Assembly: GCA_038851075.1 (NCBI GenBank)
Contig: JAWCLG010000009.1
Span: forward strand, 1 to 43,154
DNA from: Candidatus Hadarchaeales archaeon
Lineage (GTDB): Archaea > Hadarchaeota > Hadarchaeia > Hadarchaeales > Hadarchaeaceae
Reading direction: 5' to 3'
DNA length: 43,154 nucleotides
The notes under the pieces are model-generated. The model had not been told where the DNA came from. It saw only the letters and a program-made list of their open reading frames with translations, and made no database searches. This document shows, piece by piece, positions 1 to 10,190 of the stretch. Every line of letters starts with the position of its first letter. The first letter of the stretch is position 1. The translations under genes were made by a program, and so were the position numbers.

Positions 1-1653
1 CTCCCAGTCAGTCCACGTAGCCATGTCGGTGGAAAAAGACATGTGTGATGCGTTCTGGGCGGTGATTGTAAGCTGGATCGTTGCGGACTTTGTAAAAGTT
101 GCACCTCCGGCCATCATGAAACCAGATACCTTTGGAGCTGTGAGCAGCGGGATGAATTTCCACACCGACGACCAGCCTCCCTGTCCGGCTGAGTTCGATC
201 CCCTGACTCTCCAGTAATAGGTAGTTCCGAATGACAGCGCCTCGCTCTGTGAAAGCGTGGCGATTGATTCGGCCGTGATCTTTGTCAGTATAACGTTGGT
301 GAACGCGTTGTCCGTGGCGACCTCAAGGGTGTAGGAATCCGTTCCTGAGACATCGGACCAGTCAAACGTTGGGGTGATGGTGTCTATCGTGACACCGTTC
401 TCTGGGGAGAGCAGCGATGGAGAAGATGGAGGCGCGATCACGTTTATGGAGATGTCTTTTGTTCGTGTCAGACCGCCGCCTGACGCCGTGACCCTGTAGG
501 TGAAGTTACCACCTCCCGCGCTGGCGCTCTTGGTGAAAGTAAGGGTGCTTGTGAAGGGAGGAGTGCCTGAGGTCATGCTGAACATTGCACTCACCCCGGT
601 CGGCGCGTTTCCCACCCACGTCCCGCTCAGAGTCACGCCCTCCGCCACTTGAGACACCAGAGCTACCGAAACGGTGGTTGAAATTGAATTCTGTGCGAGC
701 TCAAGGTTGTCCGGGGAAGCGCTCAGGGAGAAGTCAAAATCGGTGAGGCAGTAGATCTTCCCCTCCTGCCCGGTTCCGGCGTACAGCCTGGTCCCGTAAA
801 CCGCAAGCGAAAAGATATCGGATTCTGGCGTGTCGAAGTTCAGCTCCCATAACGTGCCGTTGTAGCTGTATATGCATCCTGTGGGCCCGGTTCCCGCGTA
901 GAGCTTGTCCGAATAAACGGCAAGGGAAAAAACATACGGCTCCAGCACATCATGGCTCAGGGCATAGGTTTCCCCGTTGGAGACGTATATGGCTCCGCCG
1001 TCGCCTGTGCCGATGTAAAGCCTGTCCTGGTAGGTGGTCATGGACAATATTGAGTTGGGCACGATGGTATCATGGACCAAAAGCCAGACGTTCCCATCAT
1101 ACATGTACACCGATCCTGGAGAAGACAAGCCGGCAAAAAGCCTGTTGTTGTAAACGGCGAGCGACGACACCCCGTAATCGAGGCTGATTGACCAGGTGTT
1201 CCCGTCATAGACGTAAACGCCGTTCTGCGTGCCGGCGTAAAGTTTTCCTCCGTACACGGCAAGGCAGTATACGCCATACTCCAGCGCCTCTTCCATTTCA
1301 CTCCATTCAACTCCGTCGTAAATGAAGATACCTCCGTTGGGATCGCCGCCGGCATACAGCTTGCCGCCATAGATCGCAAAAGATGTGATGGTCTCCTCAA
1401 ATGAATCATAGCTCAGCTCCCACGTGCTTCCATCGTAAACGTATATTTTGCCATCCGTTCCGGTGCCCGCGAAAAGCTTCCCATTGTATACCGCAAGGCA
1501 GTACACACCCCCCTCGGGCGTGTCGTATGCCACCGACCAGTTTGCGGCGCTCGTACATCCGGCCGATGCCGAAAAAGCTAATGCTATGAAAAACGACAGC
1601 GCGATGACCACGGATGCCCTGCGCGGTTCACCTTTAACTGTAAAGAGTCTCAT
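1..1653 (-). CDS. Secreted/surface protein: signal peptide, 7-bladed beta-propeller, Ig-like and FN3-like domains (3' end runs off the window)
   Basis: Absent from the ORF track because there is no stop in the window. Hand translation from ATG 1653, which overlaps the KaiC stop as ATGA, stays open to base 1: MRLFTVKGEPRRASVVIALSFFIALAFSASAGC..., seven repeats of the type V(Y/F)xLAVYxGKLYAGT..G.IYxYDG..W, then FDFSLSASP (Ig-like) and PSLLSPENG...FDWSDV...YYWRVRGSN (FN3-like). Confidence 0.85.
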   Translation of the reverse strand, partial: MRLFTVKGEPRRASVVIALSFFIALAFSASAGCTSAANWSVAYDTPEGGVYCLAVYNGKLFAGTGTDGKIYVYDGSTWELSYDSFEETITSFAIYGGKLYAGGDPNGGIFIYDGVEWSEMEEALEYGVYCLAVYGGKLYAGTQNGVYVYDGNTWSISLDYGVSSLAVYNNRLFAGLSSPGSVYMYDGNVWLLVHDTIVPNSILSMTTYQDRLYIGTGDGGAIYVSNGETYALSHDVLEPYVFSLAVYSDKLYAGTGPTGCIYSYNGTLWELNFDTPESDIFSLAVYGTRLYAGTGQEGKIYCLTDFDFSLSASPDNLELAQNSISTTVSVALVSQVAEGVTLSGTWVGNAPTGVSAMFSMTSGTPPFTSTLTFTKSASAGGGNFTYRVTASGGGLTRTKDISINVIAPPSSPSLLSPENGVTIDTITPTFDWSDVSGTDSYTLEVATDNAFTNVILTKITAESIATLSQSEALSFGTTYYWRVRGSNSAGQGGWSSVWKFIPLLTAPKVSGFMMAGGATFTKSATIQLTITAQNASHMSFSTDMATWTDWE

Positions 1654-2471
1654 CTCAATCCCTCTACCCCGTAAACCTTCTCCTTTGGGAATATCGCGAT
1701 GCCTCTGTCGGTGACATCCATCGGAACCAGCTTCCGCTCATGTTTTGCACCCCTGAACTTCAGAACCTCAATCGCCCTGACCCTTGTGTCGCCTACCTTC
1801 ATGTTGTACAGCACGATCACTCCATCAGCGAGGAACTCCTCAACGCCCGAGCGCGAAAACCTCGTTGGAGCATCTTCGGTTTCGGTTATGAGGAAGGACG
1901 TGCTCTTGGTCTCCCCCAGCACCCTGAAGAGCTGCTCGATGTATATCCTGTAGCTCTCGGGTCTCCCGACGAAGGCTGACTCTATGGCGGAGATGGAATC
2001 TATGACGACAAAGTAAGGTCGCATTCCTTTTGGAATCAGTCCTGGAACCGCATCAATATCAATCGAGAGATCCCCGGTGGCTTTTGCGAGCATGGCCTCA
2101 ACAGACCTGGCAACGCGTATCGGGTCCTGCTTCCTGAGGATGATCAACCCGGCATCATTTACTCTTAATTTCGTCTGCGCATCATCGTTCTCGATCACCT
2201 TGGTCGACCAGCCGAACTCGTCCATGTGCTCCTTCAGCCTCTCCACGGATTCTTCCATCGTTATGTAAATGCAGTCATGGCCCTCCCTGGCGGCGTTGTA
2301 GATTGCCTGAAGGCAAAATATCGTCTTCCCAGTTCCTGGCCCTCCGGCTATCAATATATTTGTTCCCTTCGGAATGCCCTTGGCGAAAAGCTCGTCGAAT
2401 CCCGGTATGCCGACCTTTATGAAATCCGGTTCGGGGGGAGCCCTTTTGATCTTTTTAGAGCTCCTTGGCAT
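1650..2471 (-). CDS. KaiC/RAD55-like single-domain RecA-superfamily ATPase
   Basis: GIPGFDEL..GIPKG, Walker A GGPGTGKT, ITMEE, VVIDSI, LADGVI, RAIEVLKFRG. Confidence 0.9.
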   Translation of the reverse strand: MPRSSKKIKRAPPEPDFIKVGIPGFDELFAKGIPKGTNILIAGGPGTGKTIFCLQAIYNAAREGHDCIYITMEESVERLKEHMDEFGWSTKVIENDDAQTKLRVNDAGLIILRKQDPIRVARSVEAMLAKATGDLSIDIDAVPGLIPKGMRPYFVVIDSISAIESAFVGRPESYRIYIEQLFRVLGETKSTSFLITETEDAPTRFSRSGVEEFLADGVIVLYNMKVGDTRVRAIEVLKFRGAKHERKLVPMDVTDRGIAIFPKEKVYGVEGLR

Positions 2472-2514
2472 CTACTTCAACCCATAAAAACTGCGTATTT
2501 GAGGATAAATATAT

Positions 2515-3108
2515 TCATCCCTCTCCGAGATCTATGATAGCGTCCGCGAACATGCATATGTTTCTCACCACTCTGGTTTCCGTATCCTCGAGAAGAACAG
2601 TGAAGAGCGAGCGTATCCCGCTGGCGCGGAAGCGCGATACAAGCGTGTGTATGAATTTGAGGACCTCCTGCTCCTGCACGTATATCAGCATGACGGATAT
2701 CGAGTCGAAGATCAAAAACTCCGGCCTATCCTTTTTTAACGTTTCCCCTATTTTGATGCCGAGCTCTGTGACCGCCGCCGGGCTTGAAACAAAGGCGACG
2801 TTGTCCGCTTTTTCCGCTCCTCCGGCGGTCTGTGAAATCGCATCCACAATAAAAAACTTTTTCGGGTCAATTCCAGCGCGTTTGAACGACTCAACGAGAG
2901 TAGAGCAAGGTTTTGTTAGAGAAACCATGCATATTTTTTTCCATTTTCCGGACGCGAATTTTGTTATGCTGTCCATGAATTCAGGGTACTTTCTGGCAGG
3001 TATCAGAGACACGAAAACCAGCTTACCCTCTGTGAAGTATCTATTCAGCTCCGTGGTTTTCTTCCCAACAACATGGGTCTTGCCGGGGTTCAAGCTGTTC
3101 CCATACAT
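2515..3108 (-). CDS. Inactive RecA/KaiC-like domain protein (DUF835/DUF7504-like)
   Basis: FLIFDSISVMLIY...VLKFIHTL...FADAIIDL with no Walker A; adjacent to kaiC-like gene. Start uncertain. Confidence 0.7.
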   Translation of the reverse strand: MYGNSLNPGKTHVVGKKTTELNRYFTEGKLVFVSLIPARKYPEFMDSITKFASGKWKKICMVSLTKPCSTLVESFKRAGIDPKKFFIVDAISQTAGGAEKADNVAFVSSPAAVTELGIKIGETLKKDRPEFLIFDSISVMLIYVQEQEVLKFIHTLVSRFRASGIRSLFTVLLEDTETRVVRNICMFADAIIDLGEG

Positions 3109-3144
3109 AGTTTTCTCGTGGCTTTAAATCGGTGTCTCACGTTT

Positions 3145-5325
3145 TCATTCGGGTTTAAGCGCCGTATTCCTTCCAGTCTGTTTCATGATGCTCCGCGCGA
3201 TCTCAGTTCCGATGTAGGGCACTTTGGCCAGTTCTTCCTCAGAGGCGCGCGCAATGTCCTTCAGGCTCCTGTAGCCCGCCCTGTAGAGGCTCCTCCCCCT
3301 CACGCGCCCTATGCCGCGCAGGCTGACAAGCTCGAGCAGCTCCTCCTTCACACCGTGCCTGACCCTCTCACGCAGGTTCCTGAGAGGGGTGATGGCGCTC
3401 CGACACCTGAACAGTCCTGCTATTTCATGGGCGGAGTACAGAAGCCACTCTGCAGTGTCAGCGGCCCTTCTTATGTCTCCGGCCCCCACCCCGAATCGCT
3501 CGTGGATCATATCCTCCCTGACCTCCTCTATCCACATCTGGAGCATCTGTGCGGTTTTCAGCTCAGCAAGAAAAATTTCAAATTTTTCCGGCTCGCGTTC
3601 CGCATCAGGTATGGGCGTGAGCAGCTGATCCGCAAGCGTGAAGTAGGCAGCCTCCGCGTCCGGGTAGTCCTTCTCCCTGAGGTAGAGAGGCGGCATGTCG
3701 GGCGTGTGACATATCAGGTGGAGCAGGCCAATGTCGCCCGGTTTTTCAGTGCCAATATTTTTCAGTCCGTCTCTCAGGATAACTCCGGACAGAGGGTCTA
3801 TGTAAAGCTTGGAAACCAGCTCTCCGAACCGCGTCGCCGTCAGGGTTCTCCCCTCCCTCCGTATCATATCCTCTCTCTCCATGAAGTCGAGGACGTTATG
3901 CACCACGTGTGCGGCGTTAGAAATTCCGAACTGAAAGGCGAAAAATGTCTGTCCCAGAAATTCCATCAGGTCCTCCTCCGTCCTGACGTAGCCCGCTGCA
4001 ACGGAAGCAAGAACGTGAGACCTCATGGCGGGCTCCGTGGCCAGCTTCGAGATTATCCGCTCGGGCTCCGCGTTTATGAACTCCTCAAATAAAGCGTTTA
4101 CCTCGGCCCTCCCGTGCGCTATCACAACCGCCTCTCCGTATCTGTCATACTGCGGTCTTCCCGCCCTTCCGCAGAGCTGATGGAATTCCAGAACCGGTAT
4201 GAATGTCATCCCGTATGGCTCCACGTAGCGCCTGCAGTCGCGGATTATCGTCCTTCTGGAGGGGAGGTTTAAACCCATGGCAAGAGTTGGCGTGGCGCAG
4301 ACAACCTTAAGCGCGTTTTTTCTGAATAGGTCCTCAACAATCTTCCTCTGGGCGTGATGCAGTCCGGCGTGATGAAAAGCCGCTCCTTTTTTCACGCAGG
4401 CCGCCAGTTCCCTGCACGTCTGCGTTGGCTCGCCCAGTGTTTTCTCGATCTCAGAAGCTGCGCCAGCCAGAATTTTGCGTTCCTCCTCAGAAAGGCCGGT
4501 CCAGATGTATTCAGATATAGAGGACGCAGCTGACTGGGCCGCCTTTCTGGTGTTCACAAATACGAGAACCTGCCCGCCATCGTTCACGGTTTCAAATGCC
4601 AGTGATGTCAGCGGATCTCCCGCTTCCACGTCGACTTTGTGTCTGCTCTCATCGCTGTAAATTATCTCTCCCTTCCAGTAGACTCCCTTCTTCAGCGGCA
4701 CAGGCCTCCAGTCGCTCGTGACCAGCTCAGCTTTGAGCCACTCCGCGATCTCATCAGCGTTTTTTATCGTTGCGGAGAGGGCCAGTATCTGTATGTCAGG
4801 ATTAACCTGGCGGAGCCTTGCGGTGAGCACTTCGAGCGTCGGCCCACGTCCGGGGTCCTCTATGAGATGAACCTCGTCAAGCACCACCACGGAAACGACA
4901 TCCGCGAGCCACTTTGCGGTGTGGCGGAGCAGCGAGTCCACTTTCTCCGATGTCGCGACCAGAATATCGTAGGAGGCGAGTCTTGGGTCAACCGCGTCGT
5001 AATCTCCGGTGCTGATCCCGACCTTAATTCCAAGTCGACTGTACTTTTCTTTAAAGTCCTCATACTTTTCGCTGGCCAGGGCCCTGAGGGGAACGATGTA
5101 TATGCATTTGCCCCCCATGAGCACGCTTTTCAGCATGCACAGTTCGGCGACAAGAGTTTTGCCAGCCGCAGTTGCCACCGCGAGGACGAGGTTCTTGCCG
5201 CTCATAGCCCCCTTTTCAATTGCTTCCTGCTGCGGCGGATAGAGCTCGATTATCCCGCGTGATTCCAGAATTTCGGCTGTCTCCTGCGGCAGAGAGTACC
5301 TCTCGCAGACCTCTCGCACTCTCAA
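3145..5325 (-). CDS. hel308: Ski2-like DNA helicase Hel308
   Basis: LYPPQ, TAAGKT, DEVH, SAT, HHAGL, GRAGRP motifs and C-terminal HhH; TTG start after a GGTG SD-like site. Confidence 0.93.
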   Translation of the reverse strand: MRVREVCERYSLPQETAEILESRGIIELYPPQQEAIEKGAMSGKNLVLAVATAAGKTLVAELCMLKSVLMGGKCIYIVPLRALASEKYEDFKEKYSRLGIKVGISTGDYDAVDPRLASYDILVATSEKVDSLLRHTAKWLADVVSVVVLDEVHLIEDPGRGPTLEVLTARLRQVNPDIQILALSATIKNADEIAEWLKAELVTSDWRPVPLKKGVYWKGEIIYSDESRHKVDVEAGDPLTSLAFETVNDGGQVLVFVNTRKAAQSAASSISEYIWTGLSEEERKILAGAASEIEKTLGEPTQTCRELAACVKKGAAFHHAGLHHAQRKIVEDLFRKNALKVVCATPTLAMGLNLPSRRTIIRDCRRYVEPYGMTFIPVLEFHQLCGRAGRPQYDRYGEAVVIAHGRAEVNALFEEFINAEPERIISKLATEPAMRSHVLASVAAGYVRTEEDLMEFLGQTFFAFQFGISNAAHVVHNVLDFMEREDMIRREGRTLTATRFGELVSKLYIDPLSGVILRDGLKNIGTEKPGDIGLLHLICHTPDMPPLYLREKDYPDAEAAYFTLADQLLTPIPDAEREPEKFEIFLAELKTAQMLQMWIEEVREDMIHERFGVGAGDIRRAADTAEWLLYSAHEIAGLFRCRSAITPLRNLRERVRHGVKEELLELVSLRGIGRVRGRSLYRAGYRSLKDIARASEEELAKVPYIGTEIARSIMKQTGRNTALKPE

Positions 5326-5390
5326 GTTAGCACCAGCTTACCATTATTGGAGAGAATATTTTAAACGGGTTTCCCAGTGCCGATTAATAG

Positions 5391-7013
5391 ATGGGTGGCG
5401 ATTTACTTTTTGGGAATATGGACAATCTTGTCATCGCATGCAGGGATATACTGGAGGCGATAAGCGAGGGGAGGATAAAGGACCGTGGAGACCTTGTCAG
5501 GGCAAAACTTGACGCCTGCAGGAGATTCGGACTTTCCCGCCCTCCGAGAAACTCTGAGATCTTGGCGGTTTCCGCCACTGAGAACAGAAAGGCTCTGGAT
5601 CTTCTCAGGCTAAAGCCGGTTCGTTCCATATCCGGAGTTTCGGTTATCACGGTGATGCCGAGGCCGCATCCTTGCCCCAGCGAAAAACCCTGCATCTACT
5701 GCCCGGGTGGGCCGTCATCTGGAACACCTCAGAGCTACACTGGCAAAGAGCCTGCAGCCATGCGTGCGCTCCAGCATGGCTTCGACCCGTACATGCAGGT
5801 GAAGTCACGCATCAGGCAGCTTCTCGCGATAGGGCATGAGGTCGACAAGGTTGAGCTGATATTGTTTGGAGGCACGATAACGTCTTATCCCGAGGAATAC
5901 CTGAGAGAGTTCATGCTTGGCTGCCTGAACGCTGTCACGGACCAGAACGCAAAAAGCATGGAGGAGGCAATGAAACACGCCGAGGAATCGCGGATACACA
6001 TAAGCGACATAGCATTCGAGACCCGACCAGACTGGTGCAAGGAGAGGCACGTTGACCTCATGCTTGAGCTTGGAGCGACAAGGGTTGAGCTTGGAGTGCA
6101 GGCCCTATCAGACAAAGTTTATTCGGTGATTGGGAGAGGCCACACGGTGGATGACGTCGAGAAGGCAATCAGGACCGCGAAGGATTCAGGATTCGCCGTC
6201 GTCGCTCACATGATGCCTAATCTCCCGGGTTCTGACCCGGACACAGATCTCCAGATGTTTAAAACGCTTTTCGACGACGAGAGGTTCAGGCCTGACGCCG
6301 TCAAGATATATCCGACCCTAGTCATCCCTGGAACCGAGCTTTACGACATGTGGAAGCGTGGCGAGTACAGGCCATACGATTTTCAGCAACTCGTTGAGCT
6401 CATTTCGAAAGTCAAGACACTAGTCCCGCGATGGGTCAGGATACAGAGAATTCAGCGAGACATCCCGGCAAATCTTGTTGCTTGGGGAGTGAAACGTGGC
6501 GACCTGAGGTCAATTGTTCAGGCAAGAATGAGGGAGAAGGGAACGCGTTGCCTCTGCATAAGGTGCAGGGAGGTCGGGCATGTGTTTTACAGGGAAGGTA
6601 AAATCCCGCGCCCGGAGAAGGTAGAGCTTGTGAGAAGAGATTACTCTGCTTCATGCGGACATGAAGTGTTCCTCTCATTTGAGGATGTGGGGCTTGACAT
6701 ACTGATAGGGTTGCTGAGGCTCAGAATGCCCTCGGACATGGCGCACAGGAGAGAGATAACAGATGAAAGGACCGCGCTGGTCAGGGAAATTCACGTTTAT
6801 GGTCCGCTGGTGAAGGTGAATGAGAAGGCTGGAAAAAACGAGTGGCAGCACCACGGCTTTGGAGAACGCCTTCTCGCTGAGGCGGAGAGGATTTCAAGGG
6901 AGGAGTTCGACATGAGGAAGATCGCTGTGCTGGCCGGCCTGGGCACGAGAAACTACTACAGAAGGTTGGGGTACTCTCTCCGCAGACCCTACATGGTCAA
7001 AAAGGTGGATTAA
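5391..7013 (+). CDS. elp3: Elp3 tRNA uridine(34) acetyltransferase (radical SAM + GNAT)
   Basis: KPVRSISGV, CP...CIYCPGG, ETRPD, RIQRDIP, QHHGFG; alternative start ATG 5418. Confidence 0.95.
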   Translation: MGGDLLFGNMDNLVIACRDILEAISEGRIKDRGDLVRAKLDACRRFGLSRPPRNSEILAVSATENRKALDLLRLKPVRSISGVSVITVMPRPHPCPSEKPCIYCPGGPSSGTPQSYTGKEPAAMRALQHGFDPYMQVKSRIRQLLAIGHEVDKVELILFGGTITSYPEEYLREFMLGCLNAVTDQNAKSMEEAMKHAEESRIHISDIAFETRPDWCKERHVDLMLELGATRVELGVQALSDKVYSVIGRGHTVDDVEKAIRTAKDSGFAVVAHMMPNLPGSDPDTDLQMFKTLFDDERFRPDAVKIYPTLVIPGTELYDMWKRGEYRPYDFQQLVELISKVKTLVPRWVRIQRIQRDIPANLVAWGVKRGDLRSIVQARMREKGTRCLCIRCREVGHVFYREGKIPRPEKVELVRRDYSASCGHEVFLSFEDVGLDILIGLLRLRMPSDMAHRREITDERTALVREIHVYGPLVKVNEKAGKNEWQHHGFGERLLAEAERISREEFDMRKIAVLAGLGTRNYYRRLGYSLRRPYMVKKVD

Positions 7014-7771
7014 TGGTCACGCTGAACCTCATAATGATCGGTACCGCAGGTGCTGGGAAGACCACTCTGGCTGGGGCACTCGGAAAGTGGATCAAGGAAA
7101 ACACGGACATAAGGGTTGCACATATCAATCTTGACCCCGGATGCGATTTCACACCTTTCGAGCCCGACTTTGATATTCGCGATTATTTCACCACGGACGG
7201 CATAATGCGGGAGGAGAACCTTGGACCGAACGGAGCGGTTGTCAGAGCGTCAGAGATGCTGGAGATGAGGGTCGAGGAGTTCTCGAGGTTGATAAGCGGG
7301 CTTGGAGCGGATGTCAGGATTGTGGACACTCCAGGGCAGATGGAGGTCTTTCTCTTTCACGGTGGCCCCAGGATTGTGGAGCTGCTGGAAGGCTCAAAGA
7401 TAACTCTGTTTGTAATCGACGCGGAGATTGCTGAGAGAGCAGCCGGTCTCGTTTTCTCCCAGATGCTGGGGCTCTCGGCTGGTCTCAGGCTTGGCGCTCC
7501 GACTCTCACAGTCCTTAACAAGATAGACCTCTTGGGGGACAGATTACCTTCAATCGAAAGCATGATGGCGGATTGGGAGCTTTTGAGAGAGAGGCTGGTG
7601 GAGGAGGGCTCCGGCGTGGCGGTGGATCTGATGCTCAGGCTTTCAGAGGCCCTTCCGCACCTTCTTCCGGCTGCCAGAATGGTAAAGACGAGCGCCAGGA
7701 CCGGTGAGGGCATACGCGAGCTTTATGATATAGTGCACGAGGTATCATGTGCGTGCGGGGACCTCACCTGA
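7013..7771 (+). CDS. GPN-loop GTPase
   Basis: GTAGAGKTT, NLDPG, LGPNGA, DTPGQME, NKID; TAATG overlap with elp3. Confidence 0.92.
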   Translation: MVTLNLIMIGTAGAGKTTLAGALGKWIKENTDIRVAHINLDPGCDFTPFEPDFDIRDYFTTDGIMREENLGPNGAVVRASEMLEMRVEEFSRLISGLGADVRIVDTPGQMEVFLFHGGPRIVELLEGSKITLFVIDAEIAERAAGLVFSQMLGLSAGLRLGAPTLTVLNKIDLLGDRLPSIESMMADWELLRERLVEEGSGVAVDLMLRLSEALPHLLPAARMVKTSARTGEGIRELYDIVHEVSCACGDLT

Positions 7772-8237
7772 ACTCCCGCATTATCGCCTCCGCCAGAGGC
7801 GCCTCGGGATCGTCTTTGATCGTGCTGTGAACTATGAATGTCTCGGTGCCCTTGACCCCCTTCAGCCTGTGTATTCTCTTCACGAGCCTCTTGAGCTCCG
7901 CATCGTTTCTGACCATGACCTCTAGGATGGAGCTGTACCTACCGAAAAGCCTGTGAAACGCGTAAACCTCGGGCCACCCCTTTATCGCCCTCTCTGTTTC
8001 CTCTCTCAGTTTTGTGTTGGGGTCCTCGTTCAGAAAGATGTACGCCATAGTTCCGAGCCCGAGCCTCTCGCGGTTCAGCTTGACCACGTATCCCTTTATC
8101 ATCCCCGATTCCTGGAGGCTGGTCATCTTTTTGGCCGCCGTCTGCCTCGTTACCCCGACTTTTTTTGCGATGTCTTTGATAGGCTGTCTGGCGTCCCTCA
8201 GCAGCTGCAGCGCTATCTTTGCCTCAACCTCGTCCAT
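7764..8237 (-). CDS. Lrp/AsnC family transcriptional regulator
   Basis: MDEVEAKIALQLLRDARQPIKDIAKKVGVT HTH plus RAM domain; start ATG 8237 (alternative 8252). Confidence 0.9.
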   Translation of the reverse strand: MDEVEAKIALQLLRDARQPIKDIAKKVGVTRQTAAKKMTSLQESGMIKGYVVKLNRERLGLGTMAYIFLNEDPNTKLREETERAIKGWPEVYAFHRLFGRYSSILEVMVRNDAELKRLVKRIHRLKGVKGTETFIVHSTIKDDPEAPLAEAIMREFR

Positions 8238-8245
8238 CTGACCAC

Positions 8246-8260
8246 TTAACATTTTGTTAA
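8246..8260. promoter_or_regulatory. Perfect palindrome TTAACA-TTT-TGTTAA, candidate Lrp/FFRP operator
   Basis: 15-bp inverted repeat with a TTT centre, between divergent lrp and pckG, 9 bp from the TATA-like box at 8270. Confidence 0.6.
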
Positions 8261-8268
8261 CAGAAACT

Positions 8269-8277
8269 CTTATAAAC
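8269..8277. promoter_or_regulatory. Bidirectional TATA-like box (TTATAAAC on + / TTTATAAG on -) for pckG and lrp
   Basis: About 27-32 nt upstream of both start codons. Confidence 0.55.
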
Positions 8278-8303
8278 TTAACTTTTTAGAAGAATGGGAG
8301 ACC

Positions 8304-10190
8304 ATGCCCGAAGCGTCGATGGAAAGGCTCCGTGTCAGGATGGAGCGGTCGGAGTATGAGAAGCTGATGGCAGTGCGGAGTCCTGAGGTTCGCAGATTCG
8401 TCGCAGATTCAGCCGAGCTGTGCAATCCGGACTCGATATTCGTCTGCACGGACTCTGAGGAGGACATTGAATACGTCAGGCGGCAGGCCCTGAAAACCGG
8501 AGAGGAGCACCCCCTGTTGATTGACGGCCACACCTATCACTTCGACGGACCGAAGGACCAGGGAAGAGACAGGGAGGCCACGAAATACCTGGTTCCGAAG
8601 GGAGATATTCTGAGCCCTGCACTCAATCAGATAGACAGGGATACCGGACTTTACGAGATAAAGGGTCTTCTCAGGAACTCCATGGCCGGGCGAACCATGA
8701 TTGTGCGCCTGCTCTCGCTTGGCCCTCTTAACTCTCCATTTACAATCCCATGTATGGAATGCACTGATTCTTGGTATGTTGCGCATTCTGTGGACCTGCT
8801 TTACCGCAGGGCTTACTGTATGTTTGCGAACATGAAAGACGGTGGGTTCTTCAAGGTTCTGCACTCCGCCGGAAAGCTGACGGAGGACTTGAAAAGCGCG
8901 GATCCGGAGAAGAAGCGAATATACATAGACTACATGTACAACACCGTTTACAGCGTCAATACTCAGTATGCGGGCAACAGCATAGGTTTTAAGAAGCTGG
9001 CCCTTCGCCTGGCAATACGTAAAGCCGCTGATGAGGGGTGGCTTGCAGAACACATGATGATCACGTCTGTTCCCGGGCCGGGAGGAAGGAGGACATACAT
9101 GGCGGGGGCTTTTCCGAGCGCATGCGGTAAGACCTCCACCGCCATGGCTCCGGGGAACATGATTATGGGAGACGACATCGCTTACCTGAGGAACATCGGC
9201 GGGGTCTGTCGCGCGGTTAACGCGGAGGCCGGAATATTTGGAATAATTCAGGACGTCAATCCTGTAGACGACCCGCTGATATGGGAGGTCCTGACCTCCC
9301 CGGGAGAGGTAATCTTCTCAAATGTGCTCGTGAAGGACGGAAAACCCTACTGGCTGGGCATGGGATGCGAGCTTCCGAGGGAGGGCTTTAACTTCTCTGG
9401 AAAATGGTGGGCTGGGAAGGTGGATGAGGATGGAAATGAAATACCTCCGGCATCCAAGAACGCGAGGTACACGGTTTCGCTCAGCGCGCTGGGGAACTGC
9501 GACCCAAATCTCGAGAGCCCGGACGGAGTTGAGGTTGGAATAATCGTGTACGGCTGCAGGGATGCCCGGGCGTATGTTCCGGTTCAGCAGAGCTTCGACT
9601 GGGACCACGGAATCGTGGCGTACGGGGCGGCCCTCGAAACGGAGACAACTTTCGCCCTGACTGAGGCGGAGGGGAAGTATGAGATAAATGTGATGAGCAT
9701 CCAGGATTTCATTTCAATCCCGCTCGGCAGATACATAGAAAACAACATAGAATTCGGTAGAAGGCTCACCAAAAAACCGATGATATTCGGCGTAAACTAC
9801 TTCCTCAGGGACCTGAAAACCGGAAAGTTCGTAAACGACAAGAGGGACAAGCGGGTTTGGATCAGATGGATGGAACTCAGGGCCAACGGGGACGTCAGTG
9901 CGGTTGTATCGCCTACCGGGTTGATGCCGACGTACGAGGACCTGCGCGGGATTTTCCGAGAGGTGCGCGGCATAGAGTACACTGAGGATGACTACGCGAG
10001 GAACTTTACGGTGAGGGTTCCGGAAAACCTGGCCAAGGTTGAGAGGGTTGAGAGATTCTTCAGAGGGCAGGTTCCGGATGCGCCGAAAAAACTTTACGAA
10101 ATTCTGGACGCTCAGAGGGACCGCCTTATAGAAGCCAGAAAAAAATTTGGGGATTATATCGATCCCCGAAGGCTTCCGGTGTCGGAATGA
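8304..10190 (+). CDS. pckG: Phosphoenolpyruvate carboxykinase (GTP)
   Basis: [48 protein letters not shown]. Confidence 0.95.
   Translation: MPEASMERLRVRMERSEYEKLMAVRSPEVRRFVADSAELCNPDSIFVCTDSEEDIEYVRRQALKTGEEHPLLIDGHTYHFDGPKDQGRDREATKYLVPKGDILSPALNQIDRDTGLYEIKGLLRNSMAGRTMIVRLLSLGPLNSPFTIPCMECTDSWYVAHSVDLLYRRAYCMFANMKDGGFFKVLHSAGKLTEDLKSADPEKKRIYIDYMYNTVYSVNTQYAGNSIGFKKLALRLAIRKAADEGWLAEHMMITSVPGPGGRRTYMAGAFPSACGKTSTAMAPGNMIMGDDIAYLRNIGGVCRAVNAEAGIFGIIQDVNPVDDPLIWEVLTSPGEVIFSNVLVKDGKPYWLGMGCELPREGFNFSGKWWAGKVDEDGNEIPPASKNARYTVSLSALGNCDPNLESPDGVEVGIIVYGCRDARAYVPVQQSFDWDHGIVAYGAALETETTFALTEAEGKYEINVMSIQDFISIPLGRYIENNIEFGRRLTKKPMIFGVNYFLRDLKTGKFVNDKRDKRVWIRWMELRANGDVSAVVSPTGLMPTYEDLRGIFREVRGIEYTEDDYARNFTVRVPENLAKVERVERFFRGQVPDAPKKLYEILDAQRDRLIEARKKFGDYIDPRRLPVSE

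Noticed and set aside
750-1545. Repetitive DNA as a possible CRISPR or tandem array
   Set aside because: The repeats are degenerate and codon-phased, encoding propeller blades; no identical repeat-spacer structure was seen anywhere in the window
3073-4092. 339-aa plus-strand ORF and other long antisense ORFs (e.g. 22171-23034, 41570-42448)
   Set aside because: Shadow frames opposite well-conserved genes (hel308, acs, mat) with no recognisable motifs
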